In this document: in pieces, positions 11,068 through 21,983 of the stretch | Position numbering within the stretch: the stretch's first letter is position 1 | How the letters are laid out: each line of letters opens with the position of its first letter | Assembly: GCA_964553245.1 (NCBI GenBank) | Contig: CAZKJM010000001.1 | Location: forward strand, 209,806 to 273,805 | DNA: 64,000 nt | Direction of reading: 5' to 3' | Source of the DNA: an uncultured Gammaproteobacteria bacterium | GTDB taxonomy: Bacteria > Patescibacteriota > Microgenomatia > Levybacterales > UBA12049 | Program-made: the position numbers and the translations under genes | The notes under the pieces: generated by a model | What the model was told of the DNA's origin: nothing | Databases searched by the model: none | What the model saw: the letters and a program-made list of their open reading frames with translations, nothing else

Positions 11068-11934
11068 TTATTTTAAATATCTCAAGACTGCTAGAAAACT
11101 TGATACAGCACCAAAGATTAATGCCATTATTATCTCCATAAATAAAAGAATAAATACAGGAAGTGGTGTTACTGGAAACACTTCTATCCCTTTAAAAAAT
11201 TCTGTTAAAACCGGCATAGATGAAAATACTGCTAATGATGCAATTCCCCAACCAATAAATGCCCCAATTATCCCATAGAACATCCCTTCAAGAATAAAAG
11301 GCCAGCGGATATGCCAGTTAGTTGCACCTATTAGCTTCATTATTTCTATGTCTTCTTTTTTTTGAGAAATTTTTATACCTATTATTGTTACCATAATAAA
11401 TATCGACACTAAAGACAAAATCACGATTAAGCCAATTCCAATTCCTCTTATTGCGTTTGTCCAAGATGTTAAAGTCGAAATTACATCTTTTTGATATACA
11501 ACTTCTTGGACAATAGATGATGATTTAAGTGTATCCGAAATTACCTGCAAGTCCTCTATATTGTATGTTGATATCTCAAGAGACGCAGGCAGTACATCAG
11601 CTGTTACTAAATCCAAAAGCAACGGATCATTTTTGTTTTGTTCACGATATATTGCCAATGCATCTTCCTTAGAAACGAACTTTATAGACGCTACTTTTTC
11701 GTTTGCGCGCACTTGATTTTCCAGATTATTCACATCTTCTTGCTTCGCTTCGTTTTTAAAAAAAGCGGTAACTTGTGGTTTTGATTCAAGAAAATTTATT
11801 ATTTTGTGCGAGCCAAATAAAATAAAGGTGAAAAAAGAAATCACCAAAAAAGTTAAAGCCATTATCAGGACTGCAGCCATTGCCTGATACGGTGATCTTC
11901 TTATATTTTTCCAGGTTGTCTTAGTGTGTTTCAT
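11068..11934 (-). CDS. ftsX: Cell division permease FtsX
   Basis: FVSKEDAL, LPASLEI, EIMKLIGAT..IRWPFILEG; four TM helices. Confidence 0.93.
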   Translation of the reverse strand: MKHTKTTWKNIRRSPYQAMAAVLIMALTFLVISFFTFILFGSHKIINFLESKPQVTAFFKNEAKQEDVNNLENQVRANEKVASIKFVSKEDALAIYREQNKNDPLLLDLVTADVLPASLEISTYNIEDLQVISDTLKSSSIVQEVVYQKDVISTLTSWTNAIRGIGIGLIVILSLVSIFIMVTIIGIKISQKKEDIEIMKLIGATNWHIRWPFILEGMFYGIIGAFIGWGIASLAVFSSMPVLTEFFKGIEVFPVTPLPVFILLFMEIIMALIFGAVSSFLAVLRYLK

Positions 11935-12658
11935 GTTTGTGTTTTTCTACACTAGCCGGTGAACTCACCGAATGCTCCTTTTTTATTTTATCGTGATTCT
12001 TATTGTCGTGCACTATTTTTCCTTTTTCAAGTTTAATTACCCGTTTTGATAAATTTTTAACAATATCCAAATTGTGCGTTGCCATCACAACCGTTGTACC
12101 CTTTTTATTAATTTCGGATAATAAATTTACAATTTCCCAAGAAGTAGCCATATCCAAATTCCCTGTTGGTTCATCGGCTAATAAAATATCTGGGGACAGA
12201 ACCAATGCTCTTGCAATTGCTGCCCTTTGAAGCTCGCCACCGGATAGTTGTACAGGAAATTTTTCTTTATGCGCAGTCAATCCAACTTGAGCCAATACAT
12301 CTTCAACAATCTTTTTTGCTTCTACAGAATCCATATCGGAAACCTCCAAGGGAAGCATTATGTTTTCAAAAATTGTCCTATCTTGCAAAAGTTTTAAATC
12401 CTGAAAAACAACCCCGACTTTTTTTCTAAGATGTGGGATTTTTGCGTTCGGTAGTTTTACAACATCCCAATCGTCAACGATAATTACCCCCTCTGTCGGA
12501 AGCATTTCTCTTATTAATAAACGAAAAATCGTAGTTTTTCCAGCCCCTGTTGTTCCAACAAGAAAAACAAATTCGCCTTTCTCTACAGATAAATCCACCT
12601 CTAGTAAGGCATATTCACCTGTTCTGAATTTTTTGGAAACCTTATTAAGCTTAATCAT
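11921..12658 (-). CDS. ftsE: Cell division ATPase FtsE
   Basis: GTTGAGKTT, VVFQDLKLL, LSGGE, ADEPTGNLD; precedes ftsX. Confidence 0.93.
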   Translation of the reverse strand: MIKLNKVSKKFRTGEYALLEVDLSVEKGEFVFLVGTTGAGKTTIFRLLIREMLPTEGVIIVDDWDVVKLPNAKIPHLRKKVGVVFQDLKLLQDRTIFENIMLPLEVSDMDSVEAKKIVEDVLAQVGLTAHKEKFPVQLSGGELQRAAIARALVLSPDILLADEPTGNLDMATSWEIVNLLSEINKKGTTVVMATHNLDIVKNLSKRVIKLEKGKIVHDNKNHDKIKKEHSVSSPASVEKHKHETH

Positions 12659-13107
12659 TAAAGGACTTCAATTTTGCCGACATCCATTAGCCAACCAGCT
12701 TTTTGTGCTTTTTGTGTTTGTCCCCAAACTTTTGTTTTTTTACCAACATACTTCGACAAATCAACGATTGATGAGGTTAAATAAACATTTTGACTTTCTC
12801 CACCAGGTCTTTCTAAGTGAAAAGCCCCTTCTCCGTCTATTCCTCCTTCTTTAAGCGTACCTTCTGCAATATCTTTAAAAGAACTCATGTCCGAAGCTCC
12901 TTCCGTTGTTCCTTTTTTAATTGAACCTGATTCTATTGCCTGTTTTATATTTATTCCGCTAACGTTTGATCCTTTTGATCCTAATAAATATCCTGTACCA
13001 ATGCCAATTAAAATAACTACTAAAAATATTATTGTTAATTTGCGTGTAAAAAGCGGTTTGTTTTCTTCGAAATTTTTAATCACAGGTTCATTCTTTTTTT
13101 CCTCCAT
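12658..13107 (-). CDS. Single-TM hypothetical protein upstream of ftsE
   Basis: SD GGAGGTGA precedes ATG at 13107 (start revised from the ORF track); one TM, then a beta-rich domain. Confidence 0.75.
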   Translation of the reverse strand: MEEKKNEPVIKNFEENKPLFTRKLTIIFLVVILIGIGTGYLLGSKGSNVSGINIKQAIESGSIKKGTTEGASDMSSFKDIAEGTLKEGGIDGEGAFHLERPGGESQNVYLTSSIVDLSKYVGKKTKVWGQTQKAQKAGWLMDVGKIEVL

Positions 13108-13161
13108 TAAAATCACCTCCTTTGTCTAGTTAACCATATTTTGCCGTTTTTATCAACAGAT

Positions 13162-14166
13162 CTAAAAATATCGAAGCTCTTCTTCAATAAGCAAATCCAA
13201 ATCTCCATCCAGAACTGCTTCTGTATTTGAGGTCTCATAATTTGTCCTAAGATCCTTCACCATATGATAAGGATGTAAGACATATGATCTAATTTGATTT
13301 CCCCATCCAGGAGTTTTATAACCGCCTTTTAATTCTTCTTCTTTTTTCTTTTTTTCCTCTTCTTGTAAAATCCACAATTTTGCTTTTAACATCTTTAAAG
13401 CATACTCTCTGTTTTTTCCTTGATAACGTTCGCTTTGTGCTGTTACAATAATTCCTGATGGTTTATGTTTTAACCTAACAGCTGTTGATACCTTATTAAC
13501 ATTTTGACCACCATGTCCTCCTGCTCTAAAAAAATCCCATTCTAAATCATCTTCTTTAATCTCCAAGTCAAAATCTTCATTTACTTCAGGCAATACCTCT
13601 ACTAAGGCAAATGATGTTTGTCTTAAATTATCGGCATTAAAGGGGGATTGTCTAACCAATCTATGAACTCCTGCTTCTTTTTTTAAATATCCATAAGCAT
13701 ATTGTCCACATACCTCAATAACAACACTTTTAATACCAGCTTCTTCCCCAAATGACTGTTCAATTATTTCATATTCCCAGCCTTTTCTTTCAAAAAAACG
13801 CGTGTACATTCTAAAAAGCATCTTCGCCCAATCCATTGCCTCAACCCCTCCCTGTCCTGAATGAATTGATAAAATTGCATTACCTTTGTCAAATGGTCCT
13901 GAAAAATATAGTAATGTTTCCAGCTCTTTTAAAATTATATCTGCCTCTTTTTGATTACCCAAGATTGATAATTCCTTCAACTTTTCGCATTTTTCAATCT
14001 CTTCCTGAAGAATAGATAATTCCTTCATTTTATCTGCTGCTCTTTTGTGATCTTGCCAAAATTCAGGATGGGAACTTTCCGCTTCTATATCACGGATTAA
14101 TTTTCTTTTTTGATCGATATTAAGATTTTTTAGTAATTTGTCTATGCGCTCTTTTAGATTTTCCAT
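13162..14166 (-). CDS. prfB: Peptide chain release factor 2
   Basis: SPF recognition tripeptide, [12 protein letters not shown]; start revised to MENLK. Confidence 0.96.
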   Translation of the reverse strand: MENLKERIDKLLKNLNIDQKRKLIRDIEAESSHPEFWQDHKRAADKMKELSILQEEIEKCEKLKELSILGNQKEADIILKELETLLYFSGPFDKGNAILSIHSGQGGVEAMDWAKMLFRMYTRFFERKGWEYEIIEQSFGEEAGIKSVVIEVCGQYAYGYLKKEAGVHRLVRQSPFNADNLRQTSFALVEVLPEVNEDFDLEIKEDDLEWDFFRAGGHGGQNVNKVSTAVRLKHKPSGIIVTAQSERYQGKNREYALKMLKAKLWILQEEEKKKKEEELKGGYKTPGWGNQIRSYVLHPYHMVKDLRTNYETSNTEAVLDGDLDLLIEEELRYF

Positions 14167-14167
14167 A

Positions 14168-15475
14168 TTATTTTCCAGCGAGTATTGTAGCAAACATTAC
14201 AATAGAAGAAAAAATCATTACAATAAAAGTTAACCAAACAAGCGCTTTTGATAATTTTCCCGATTTATATTCACCCATTATTTTTTCGCTTGACGAAATT
14301 TTTGCAATTAAGAATATTAACGGAACCGCAGTAACTCCGTTAAATACTGCAGTAAAAATCAAAGCGTCCATAGGATTAAAATTAAGAAAATTAATCAATA
14401 AACCGATTATTGTAGCAATAATTATTACTCCATAAAATCCGTGTGCTTTTTTAAACTTTTGACTAAAACCCTCTTTCCATTTAAAAGCTTCGGAAATTGC
14501 GTAAGAAGCAGAACCTGCTAAAACAGGGATTGCTAAAAGTCCTATTCCGACAATCCCGGAGGCAAAAATAGTTTTTGCCAAAAAACCGGAATTAGGAAAT
14601 GTTGATACTAGCGGTTCTAAAGCGCTAGCTGCATCTGCTGCGCTTTTTATCTCCGTTATACCGTTTTTATTAAGCACAGATGCTGTTGTAATAATAATAA
14701 ACCAGGTGATTATGTTTGAAAAAAGCATTCCGAAAGCATTATCTATTCTTAAATTTTTAATGAAATATCTACTAATCTTAGGTTTTCCACCGGTTTGAGG
14801 TAGCCTATCCTGCTCTATTTCTTCTTCTACCTCTTCTGAAGCTTGCCAAAAAAACATATATGGAGAAATTGTTGTTCCAAGCAAACCTGTTAATAAAAAG
14901 AAAAATCCGGAATTAAATTCTATATTTGGAACAAAAGTAGCTCTTAACACTTCCGACCAATTTTGTCCTACTATAATAGCGGTAGTTGGATAAACAAGAA
15001 GGGTTAATGATAAATATTTTAAAATTTTTGCATATATTTTATAAGATGCAAATACCTCCAAAAAAAGCATAAAAAGAATAAAAAACAATGCGATAACTAT
15101 TCCTGGAGTAGGAAACATTAATTCAATCGATGCTATCATTGCACCAATGTCTGCACCGATATTAATTGTATTTGCTAAGACAACTAAAAAAACAACGGCA
15201 AATAAAATTGTTTTACTATAATTTTTTCTCGCTACTGCGGCAATTCCCTTTCCTGTTACGGCTCCTATTCTTGCACAAGCCTCCTGAACCGCTACCATGA
15301 GCGGGTACATTAAGATTATCGTCCAAAGCTGACCATATCCAAATTTAGCACCTGCTTGAGAATAAGTTGCAATTCCCGATGGATCATCATCTGCTGCTCC
15401 TGTTATAAGCCCAGGACCGATAATTCTTAAAAAACGATTAAACTTATGTTTTATTTTTTTTTGTATTTCTTCCAT
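14168..15475 (-). CDS. NRAMP-family divalent metal transporter
   Basis: [31 protein letters not shown]; about 11 TM helices. Confidence 0.88.
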   Translation of the reverse strand: MEEIQKKIKHKFNRFLRIIGPGLITGAADDDPSGIATYSQAGAKFGYGQLWTIILMYPLMVAVQEACARIGAVTGKGIAAVARKNYSKTILFAVVFLVVLANTINIGADIGAMIASIELMFPTPGIVIALFFILFMLFLEVFASYKIYAKILKYLSLTLLVYPTTAIIVGQNWSEVLRATFVPNIEFNSGFFFLLTGLLGTTISPYMFFWQASEEVEEEIEQDRLPQTGGKPKISRYFIKNLRIDNAFGMLFSNIITWFIIITTASVLNKNGITEIKSAADAASALEPLVSTFPNSGFLAKTIFASGIVGIGLLAIPVLAGSASYAISEAFKWKEGFSQKFKKAHGFYGVIIIATIIGLLINFLNFNPMDALIFTAVFNGVTAVPLIFLIAKISSSEKIMGEYKSGKLSKALVWLTFIVMIFSSIVMFATILAGK

Positions 15476-15853
15476 TTATAAGCTATCACAAATTTCTTGA
15501 CAGATTCCCTTGGCTTGATCGCTTGGATATTTTTCCAATTCCTTAATATCATTTATTACTTTTTGTACCTGAGGCGAAGAAGAAGCAATTTCTGCAATAT
15601 TTATAGAACTTGCTTCTTTTGTAATTTCTTCAATTTTTTCACCCAAAACTTCTTTTATATTTTGTATCTCTTTTTCGGCTTCCATCCCTTTTACAGATTG
15701 CTTTATAGAAAGCCCAGTTTCCTTTTTGGTGGTATCTTTTGTATTCAACATTCCCGTAAAAACAACTAAGCCTATTAACAAAAGCACTATTGCAACAATT
15801 GTAATTGCGATCTTTTTTTTATCCCAAACCTCTTCTACCTTTGCTTCTTTCAT
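15476..15853 (-). CDS. Single-TM hypothetical protein
   Basis: One TM; C-terminal CxxxC; start revised to MKEAK (ATG 7 nt after TACAAT). Confidence 0.7.
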   Translation of the reverse strand: MKEAKVEEVWDKKKIAITIVAIVLLLIGLVVFTGMLNTKDTTKKETGLSIKQSVKGMEAEKEIQNIKEVLGEKIEEITKEASSINIAEIASSSPQVQKVINDIKELEKYPSDQAKGICQEICDSL

Positions 15854-15944
15854 TAAATTAATTGTAGGTAAATAAAAAGCCTTTTGCAAACTAGTTCCTA
15901 TTTGCTGCTTTATACTTTATGTTTTATATTTTATACTAAAATAC

Positions 15945-16721
15945 ATGAGTTATCTTCAAGCTCTAATCCTATCTATTGTTGAAGGAATTACAGAATTTCT
16001 TCCGATATCATCAACGGGTCACTTAATTCTTGCCTCAGAATTTTTAAAAATAAAGCAGACTGATTTTGTTAAAGGCTTTGAAATAATTACCCAGCTTGGG
16101 GCAATATTGGCTATTGTTTTTTTATATTGGAAAACTTTAATTGCAAATAAAGAAATTTGGAAAAAAATATTGGTCTCTTTTATCCCAACCGGAATTCTAG
16201 GCTTTATTTTTTACAAAATTGTAAAAACTTTTTTACTTGGGAATACTTACGTAACCTTATCTTCACTTTTTATAGGAGGAATAATTTTAATTATTCTTGA
16301 GTTAATACATAAAGAAAAAGATTGCCATATAGAAAAGATTGAATCTATGAGCTTTAAAAATGCCTTTTTAATCGGGATTTTTCAATCAACCGCTATGATT
16401 CCGGGTGTTTCTAGATCAGCAGCTACAATAATCGGGGCACTTTTTTTAGGAACCAAAAGAAAAACAGCAGTTGAATTTTCTTTTATACTAGCTGTCCCAA
16501 CAATGCTTGCAGCTACAATTTTAGATATTTACAAAAGTGATTTTTTTTCATTTGCTAATTATGAATATATTTCATTAACAATAGGCTTTATTGGATCATT
16601 TATTGTGGCGATTTTTGCTGTCAAATTTCTTTTAAAGTTCATAAAAACAAATACTTTTATTCCTTTTGGTGTTTATAGAATCATTCTTGCGTTTCTTTTT
16701 TGGCTCTTTATTATTAAATGA
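15945..16721 (+). CDS. uppP: Undecaprenyl-diphosphatase
   Basis: EGITEFLPISSTGH, PGVSRS, AVEFSF. Confidence 0.96.
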   Translation: MSYLQALILSIVEGITEFLPISSTGHLILASEFLKIKQTDFVKGFEIITQLGAILAIVFLYWKTLIANKEIWKKILVSFIPTGILGFIFYKIVKTFLLGNTYVTLSSLFIGGIILIILELIHKEKDCHIEKIESMSFKNAFLIGIFQSTAMIPGVSRSAATIIGALFLGTKRKTAVEFSFILAVPTMLAATILDIYKSDFFSFANYEYISLTIGFIGSFIVAIFAVKFLLKFIKTNTFIPFGVYRIILAFLFWLFIIK

Positions 16722-17020
16722 AGATTTTTGAAAAAGTTTACAACATTGTCTCCAATATTCCAAAAGGTAAAGTTGCAACTTACGGACTAATTGCAAAAAA
16801 AATAAATATAAATAATCCAAAAGTAGTCGGATTTGCTCTTCACCGGAATATGAACCCCAATAAAATTCCCTGCCATAGAGTAGTTTATTCAACCGGAAAA
16901 TTGTCATCGGGTTATGCTTTTGGAGGAGTAAAAAAACAGAAAGAAAAATTAAAACAAGAAGGAGTTTTTTTTATAGGAAAGGGCCTTGTAAATTTAAAAA
17001 GATCATTAATTGATTTTTAA
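16718..17020 (+). CDS. MGMT-family alkyltransferase (DNA-binding domain only, active Cys retained)
   Basis: IPKGKVATYG, PCHRVV. Confidence 0.85.
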   Translation: MKIFEKVYNIVSNIPKGKVATYGLIAKKININNPKVVGFALHRNMNPNKIPCHRVVYSTGKLSSGYAFGGVKKQKEKLKQEGVFFIGKGLVNLKRSLIDF

Positions 17021-17055
17021 TGTTTTAACTGCTATATTAAAAATCTGCCATAGCT

Positions 17056-17928
17056 ATGCCACCAGAAAGACAACCCGCCGTAATATTAACAGACACGGCA
17101 AGTGATCTTCCCCAAGAAGTTGCACTAAGAGAAAATGTAAATTTAATAACAGTTCCTACTTTATTTAAAGGAGAACTTGTACCATCGACTAAGAAATTAC
17201 TTGAAATTATGCTTACTCAAAAAGATGAAATAAAAAATGACGGAAATGGTATTTTAACCACTTCTGCTCCCAGTCCTGGCGACTTCATTAAAACATACAA
17301 GGCATTACCCGGGAAAAGAATAATCTCAATTCATATAGGTAGCGAGTATAGTGGAACATATGACAGTTCGCTCGTTGCTACTCGCGAATTAAGTGAAAAA
17401 GAGGATGGTTATGAAATAGCAAACTTTGATACAGGAACTGTTTCTATGGCAGTTGGGTTTTTGGCGATAGAAGCTGTAAAAAACTCTCATAAAACAAACG
17501 ATGAAATTGTCAATCTTTTGGTAAGTATGAAAGACAGAATTATAACTGTATGTACGTTGAATACCTTACAATTCGCACAATCTGGCGGAAGAGTCGTTCG
17601 ATTCGCAGGGGACATATTAGGTGTCAAACCCATTCTTAATATAAGCCGCAATAGACCAAGGGAATCTTTGGTAACCGAAAAGACAAGGGGTAGAAAAAAA
17701 TCTGTCGAAAAATTAATCGATATCGTTAAGAAACAAACGCCTCTTGAAAAAGTAGCTATAATTCATGTTGATGCAGAAAAAGAGGCAGAACAATTAGCTA
17801 ATGAAATTACCGCTTTCTATGAAGGGGATATTGTATTAACAGAGGCAGGTGCGGCAATAGCAAGACATGGTGGTCCGGGGGTTCTGGGAATTTGTGCAAT
17901 TAAAGAAAAGCCGGATAAATTAACTTAG
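17056..17928 (+). CDS. DegV/FakB family fatty-acid-binding protein
   Basis: TDTASDLP, TSAPSPG, SGTY, GGR, GVKPIL, HGGPG. Confidence 0.9.
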   Translation: MPPERQPAVILTDTASDLPQEVALRENVNLITVPTLFKGELVPSTKKLLEIMLTQKDEIKNDGNGILTTSAPSPGDFIKTYKALPGKRIISIHIGSEYSGTYDSSLVATRELSEKEDGYEIANFDTGTVSMAVGFLAIEAVKNSHKTNDEIVNLLVSMKDRIITVCTLNTLQFAQSGGRVVRFAGDILGVKPILNISRNRPRESLVTEKTRGRKKSVEKLIDIVKKQTPLEKVAIIHVDAEKEAEQLANEITAFYEGDIVLTEAGAAIARHGGPGVLGICAIKEKPDKLT

Positions 17929-18249
17929 TTTTTTTGCCTTTTGTATATCCTTAAAAAATTCCTTTATTAAAGATTGTGTTGAGTTTTTAATTTTTTCTTC
18001 TATATTCTCAATCCTATCTTTAAGGTGATTCCATGTTTTTCGATGATCATTTTTATGAAAATTTTGTAAAAACTCTTTTTTGTCTTCTTCTTTTAACTCT
18101 GATAAAACTTTATCTAAAATACTATGGTGGATGTTTGATTCTATTAATGAAATTAGCTCCCTTCTTTCTTCTTTTGAAAGATTCATATTTCCAAGCTCTA
18201 AGCTTATGCTTGATGTTTCTACAAATTTTGAATAAAAATGTTTTGTCAT
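17920..18249 (-). CDS. Hypothetical helical protein
   Basis: 109-aa ORF tightly coupled to the upstream gene. Confidence 0.7.
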   Translation of the reverse strand: MTKHFYSKFVETSSISLELGNMNLSKEERRELISLIESNIHHSILDKVLSELKEEDKKEFLQNFHKNDHRKTWNHLKDRIENIEEKIKNSTQSLIKEFFKDIQKAKKLS

Positions 18250-18252
18250 GAT

Positions 18253-19146
18253 TTAATTATAATTAATTGGTCCTAATTTTATCTTATCATCCGGGTCGTC
18301 AATAAAATAATATAAAACTGTACCCACCTGTCTTCCATCAACTCTTTCGAGATATTTCATTACTTCGGGAGATCCACCCAAGTGTTTTCCTGTCCATTTT
18401 GCAGGACCCGCATCTCCGATTACAACCACCATTGCTTTACCATTTTGAGGATTAACGACAAGCATTTTTCTAAATTTAAAAAAATCAACGTATTCTTTTG
18501 GGTTATTGCTAAAGCCTGGAGCTAAAAATGTCTGAGTGGCAATATAATACTTTTCTCTTAAAGTATCTTTTTCCGTTAAGTCCGCATTTGGTTCTTTAAA
18601 ATACCCCCATGCTCCAAGTCCTGGCGCCATACCATAAGACCAGTATTTTTGGGCATCTTCCTCGTTTTGAAAATGAGTTGCCATAGTGTCTCCTGGAAAT
18701 CTTGCTAAATGTTGTTCCTGTCCTATTTTCCCGTAAACTGTATTTAATCTTATTCCCCTTAATTCCGGCGATAATTTCATCTTAAAATTGCGGGATAAAA
18801 TTTCTTCTATTTGTTTTTCTTCATTAGAAGTTAAGAATCTAAATTCTTTTGGTAAAAGTTGATAAAGATCGGAAACTAAAAAAACACTTTTATCTACTTC
18901 TTTTATTTTTTCCGTCGCAGCTGCATTTGGGATATGCCTTAAAAGTATTGGTGTTGTAAAAAGAAAAAAACCAACCAAAGATGATAACGCAACTTGTTTG
19001 GAGTTATTAAAAAACCATTCAAACGTACTTTTATGCTCGTTAAGAATCTTTTCCTGAAGATCTCTGCTTTGTTTTGACCATTTATTTCTTAAATGCTCAA
19101 AATGCGGTTTCTTAGGTGTACTTTTCCAAAGCTTTGTTAAATCCAT
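18253..19146 (-). CDS. Membrane-anchored hypothetical protein
   Basis: One TM at about aa 52-70; C-terminal VVNPQNGKAMVVVIGDAGP. Confidence 0.75.
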   Translation of the reverse strand: MDLTKLWKSTPKKPHFEHLRNKWSKQSRDLQEKILNEHKSTFEWFFNNSKQVALSSLVGFFLFTTPILLRHIPNAAATEKIKEVDKSVFLVSDLYQLLPKEFRFLTSNEEKQIEEILSRNFKMKLSPELRGIRLNTVYGKIGQEQHLARFPGDTMATHFQNEEDAQKYWSYGMAPGLGAWGYFKEPNADLTEKDTLREKYYIATQTFLAPGFSNNPKEYVDFFKFRKMLVVNPQNGKAMVVVIGDAGPAKWTGKHLGGSPEVMKYLERVDGRQVGTVLYYFIDDPDDKIKLGPINYN

Positions 19147-19177
19147 TGATATCTAAATCTTAACATATTTTAAGTGT

Positions 19178-21865
19178 CTAATTAGGGTAATGGCATTTTT
19201 TATATTTTTTGCCTGATCCACACCAGCAAGGATCATTTCTACCTAATTTCTTCTTCTCCTGTTCTTCTTTAATAGGTTTTTGTTTTCCTGTTCCACTTAC
19301 TTCAGAAGAAGGAGTATTAGTTTGCATATGTCTTGTTTGTTGAGGAAGATCAGGTTGCTGTTGTACTTGAACCCTGAATATTCTGTGAACAATTTCATCG
19401 TCAATTGCTGTAATTAGTTTTTCAAACATTGTGTATGCTTCATTCTTATATTCAACCAAAGGATCTTTTTGCCCATAGCCTCTTAATCCAATTCCCTGTC
19501 GTAAATTATCTACAGCGTCTAAATGATCCATCCATAAATTGTCTATAACCGAAAGAGTCACAAATCTTTCTATCTGACGCATTAAATCTTCCCCTAATTG
19601 ATTTATACGCATTTTATAAATATCAGCAGCAATGTTTTTTAGAAAATCAATTTTTGCATTTTGGTTTTCAAGTTGTTCAAGTTGCTTTACTATTTGATTT
19701 TTGGAATTATCATCAAAAGGAAGAATCGTGGAGAAACTATCAACTATTTTTTCGCTTATGCTTTTTTCCGGATTAAATTCTTCTACCAATGTAAGCATTA
19801 CTAAACTTGTTATACTTTCGTCTATTTTTTCTTTTATTTCTTTTCTCAGTTCTTCTGAATCACCTTGACCTGCCTCAAGTATTTTTTTTCTCCTTTGGTA
19901 AATAATTTCTCTTTGTTTATTTAAAACATCATCGTAATCAACCAAATGCTTCCTTATATCAAAGTTGTATCCCTCTACTTTTGTCTGTGCCTGCTCTATT
20001 GCCCTCGAAACAATCGGATGCTGCAGAGGAATATTTTCCGGCATATTAAATCTTGTCATAAGACCGGAAATTGTATCCCCTCCAAAAAGACGCATTATGT
20101 CATCATCTAAACCAACGTAAAATCTTGATGCACCAGGATCTCCCTGCCTTCCAGATCTTCCCCTTAACTGATTATCTATTCTTCTTGATTCATGACGTTC
20201 TGTTCCAATAACTAATAATCCCCCCAAGCTAAGTATTTCCTTGTGTCGTTTTTCCCAATTTTCCCATTCTTTTGATTCTTTTTTGCTACTTCCATCTTCA
20301 GTTTTAGGAGGCTCTCCTCCTAAAACAATATCTACCCCTCTTCCTGCCATATTTGTAGCAACAGTTACCGCTCCCTTTTCTCCAGCTTTAGCAATAATTT
20401 CTGCCTCTCTTTCGTGATTTTTTGCATTTAAGACTTCGTGATTTATTCCTCTTCTTTTTAATAGCTCTGATATTATTTCATTTTTTTCAATTGATGTAGT
20501 ACCAACTAAAACCGGTTGTCCTTTTTTGTATGCTTTTTCTATCTCATCTGCAACTGCTGTAAATTTTGCCCTGGATGTTTTGTAAATTGCATCGGGATAA
20601 TCTTTTCTAATCATTGGATTATTGGTTGGAATAACTACAACATCAAGTTTGTAAATCTTATTAAATTCTTCTGCTTCTGTAACTGCAGTTCCTGTCATTC
20701 CAGCTAGTTTTTCATACATTCTAAAATAATTCTGCAGAGAAACCGTAGCCATTGTTTTTGACTCTCTTTGAATAGTAACTCCTTCTTTTGCTTCTATTGC
20801 CTGATGCAACCCTTCGGATAATCTTCTTCCTGTCATTAAGCGACCAGTAAATTCATCGACCAGAATTACTTCGTTATCTTTAATAATGTAATCTTTTTCT
20901 TTATGAAATAATGTCCTAGCTTTTAAAGCAGCCTCTAGGTGATAAACTGTGTCAAAATCTTTTTCGTAAATTTCTGCTATTCCATATAATTTTTCAATTT
21001 TACTTATTCCATGCTCTGTTAAATGAGCTGTTCTTAGTTTCTCATCTATTTTATAATCAATTTCCGGGACTAATTTTTCTACTAATTTTGCGTATTCATA
21101 ATATTTTTGTGTTGGCGCCTCATCCGGAGCAGAAATTATATGAGGAGTTCTCGCTTCATCGATTAAAACAGAATCTACTTCATCAACAATTGCATAATAA
21201 TGTCCTCTTTGAACCATTGATTCCAAATCGGAAGCCATGTTATCTCTTAAATAATCAAAACCGAATTCTGAATTTATTCCATAAACTATATCTGCATTAT
21301 AAGCCTCTTTTCTTTCTACAGACTTGAGGTGTAAAAGCCTAGTATCACGCACGTCTTTATTGAGAAATTCCGGGTCATAAATAAATGATTCATCACTGAT
21401 TATTGATGCTACTTTTAAACCCAAGAAATTAAACACTGCTCCCATCCAACCCGCGTCTCTTCTTGCAAGATAATCATTAACGGTGACTAAATGTACGCTT
21501 TTTCCTGTAAGACTATTAAGATACAACGCCGGTACTGCTGACAATGTTTTTCCTTCCCCAGTTTTCTGTTCTGCTATTTTTCCATTAGCTAATGAAATTG
21601 CTGCCATTAGCTGAACGTCAAAATGTCTCTGGCCAATCGATCTTCTCGCTGCTTCCCTTACTAGAGCAAAAGCTTCCGGAAGTATTGAATCTAAAGTCTC
21701 TCCGCTTAATACTCTTTTTTTTAACTCTTCTGTTTTTTTGGGGAAAGCATCGTCTTTTAGTTTTTTAATTTTTTCCTCGAATGAATTAATCTCGTTAATG
21801 ATTGGTCTTAATTTATTTATTTCTTTTTCGTTGGAATCAAAGAATTTTCCAATAATTTTAAACAT
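19178..21865 (-). CDS. secA: Preprotein translocase ATPase SecA
   Basis: KTGEGKT, DEVDSVLIDEARTP, ATNMAGRG, RGRSGRQGDPG, SEC-C motif CWCGSGKKYKKCH. Confidence 0.99.
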   Translation of the reverse strand: MFKIIGKFFDSNEKEINKLRPIINEINSFEEKIKKLKDDAFPKKTEELKKRVLSGETLDSILPEAFALVREAARRSIGQRHFDVQLMAAISLANGKIAEQKTGEGKTLSAVPALYLNSLTGKSVHLVTVNDYLARRDAGWMGAVFNFLGLKVASIISDESFIYDPEFLNKDVRDTRLLHLKSVERKEAYNADIVYGINSEFGFDYLRDNMASDLESMVQRGHYYAIVDEVDSVLIDEARTPHIISAPDEAPTQKYYEYAKLVEKLVPEIDYKIDEKLRTAHLTEHGISKIEKLYGIAEIYEKDFDTVYHLEAALKARTLFHKEKDYIIKDNEVILVDEFTGRLMTGRRLSEGLHQAIEAKEGVTIQRESKTMATVSLQNYFRMYEKLAGMTGTAVTEAEEFNKIYKLDVVVIPTNNPMIRKDYPDAIYKTSRAKFTAVADEIEKAYKKGQPVLVGTTSIEKNEIISELLKRRGINHEVLNAKNHEREAEIIAKAGEKGAVTVATNMAGRGVDIVLGGEPPKTEDGSSKKESKEWENWEKRHKEILSLGGLLVIGTERHESRRIDNQLRGRSGRQGDPGASRFYVGLDDDIMRLFGGDTISGLMTRFNMPENIPLQHPIVSRAIEQAQTKVEGYNFDIRKHLVDYDDVLNKQREIIYQRRKKILEAGQGDSEELRKEIKEKIDESITSLVMLTLVEEFNPEKSISEKIVDSFSTILPFDDNSKNQIVKQLEQLENQNAKIDFLKNIAADIYKMRINQLGEDLMRQIERFVTLSVIDNLWMDHLDAVDNLRQGIGLRGYGQKDPLVEYKNEAYTMFEKLITAIDDEIVHRIFRVQVQQQPDLPQQTRHMQTNTPSSEVSGTGKQKPIKEEQEKKKLGRNDPCWCGSGKKYKKCHYPN

Positions 21866-21881
21866 AGGCTTATTTTACCAT

Positions 21882-21909
21882 AAAAATCCCGCCCATAACG
21901 GGCGGGATT
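21882..21909 (-). terminator. Intrinsic terminator between the poly-Lys mini-ORF and secA
   Basis: Minus strand AATCCCGCCC-GTTAT-GGGCGGGATT then TTT; perfect 10-bp stem. Confidence 0.85.
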
Positions 21910-21953
21910 ATTACCAACTGATCAATTGGTAAAGCTCCAAATTGCTTACCAAT

Positions 21954-21983
21954 TTACTTCTTCTTCTTCTTTTTCTTTGCCAT
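21954..21983 (-). CDS. 9-aa mini-ORF MAKKKKKKK
   Basis: GAGGAGGTGA-TTCTTC-ATG GCA AAG AAA AAG AAG AAG AAG AAG TAA; perfect SD; downstream terminator. Confidence 0.7.
   Translation of the reverse strand: MAKKKKKKK

Noticed and set aside
21954-21983. SecM orthologue or simple (CTT)n microsatellite
   Set aside because: No signal peptide or SecM arrest motif. The perfect SD, in-frame start and stop and the terminator argue against a mere repeat, so it is kept as a mini-ORF of unknown function.
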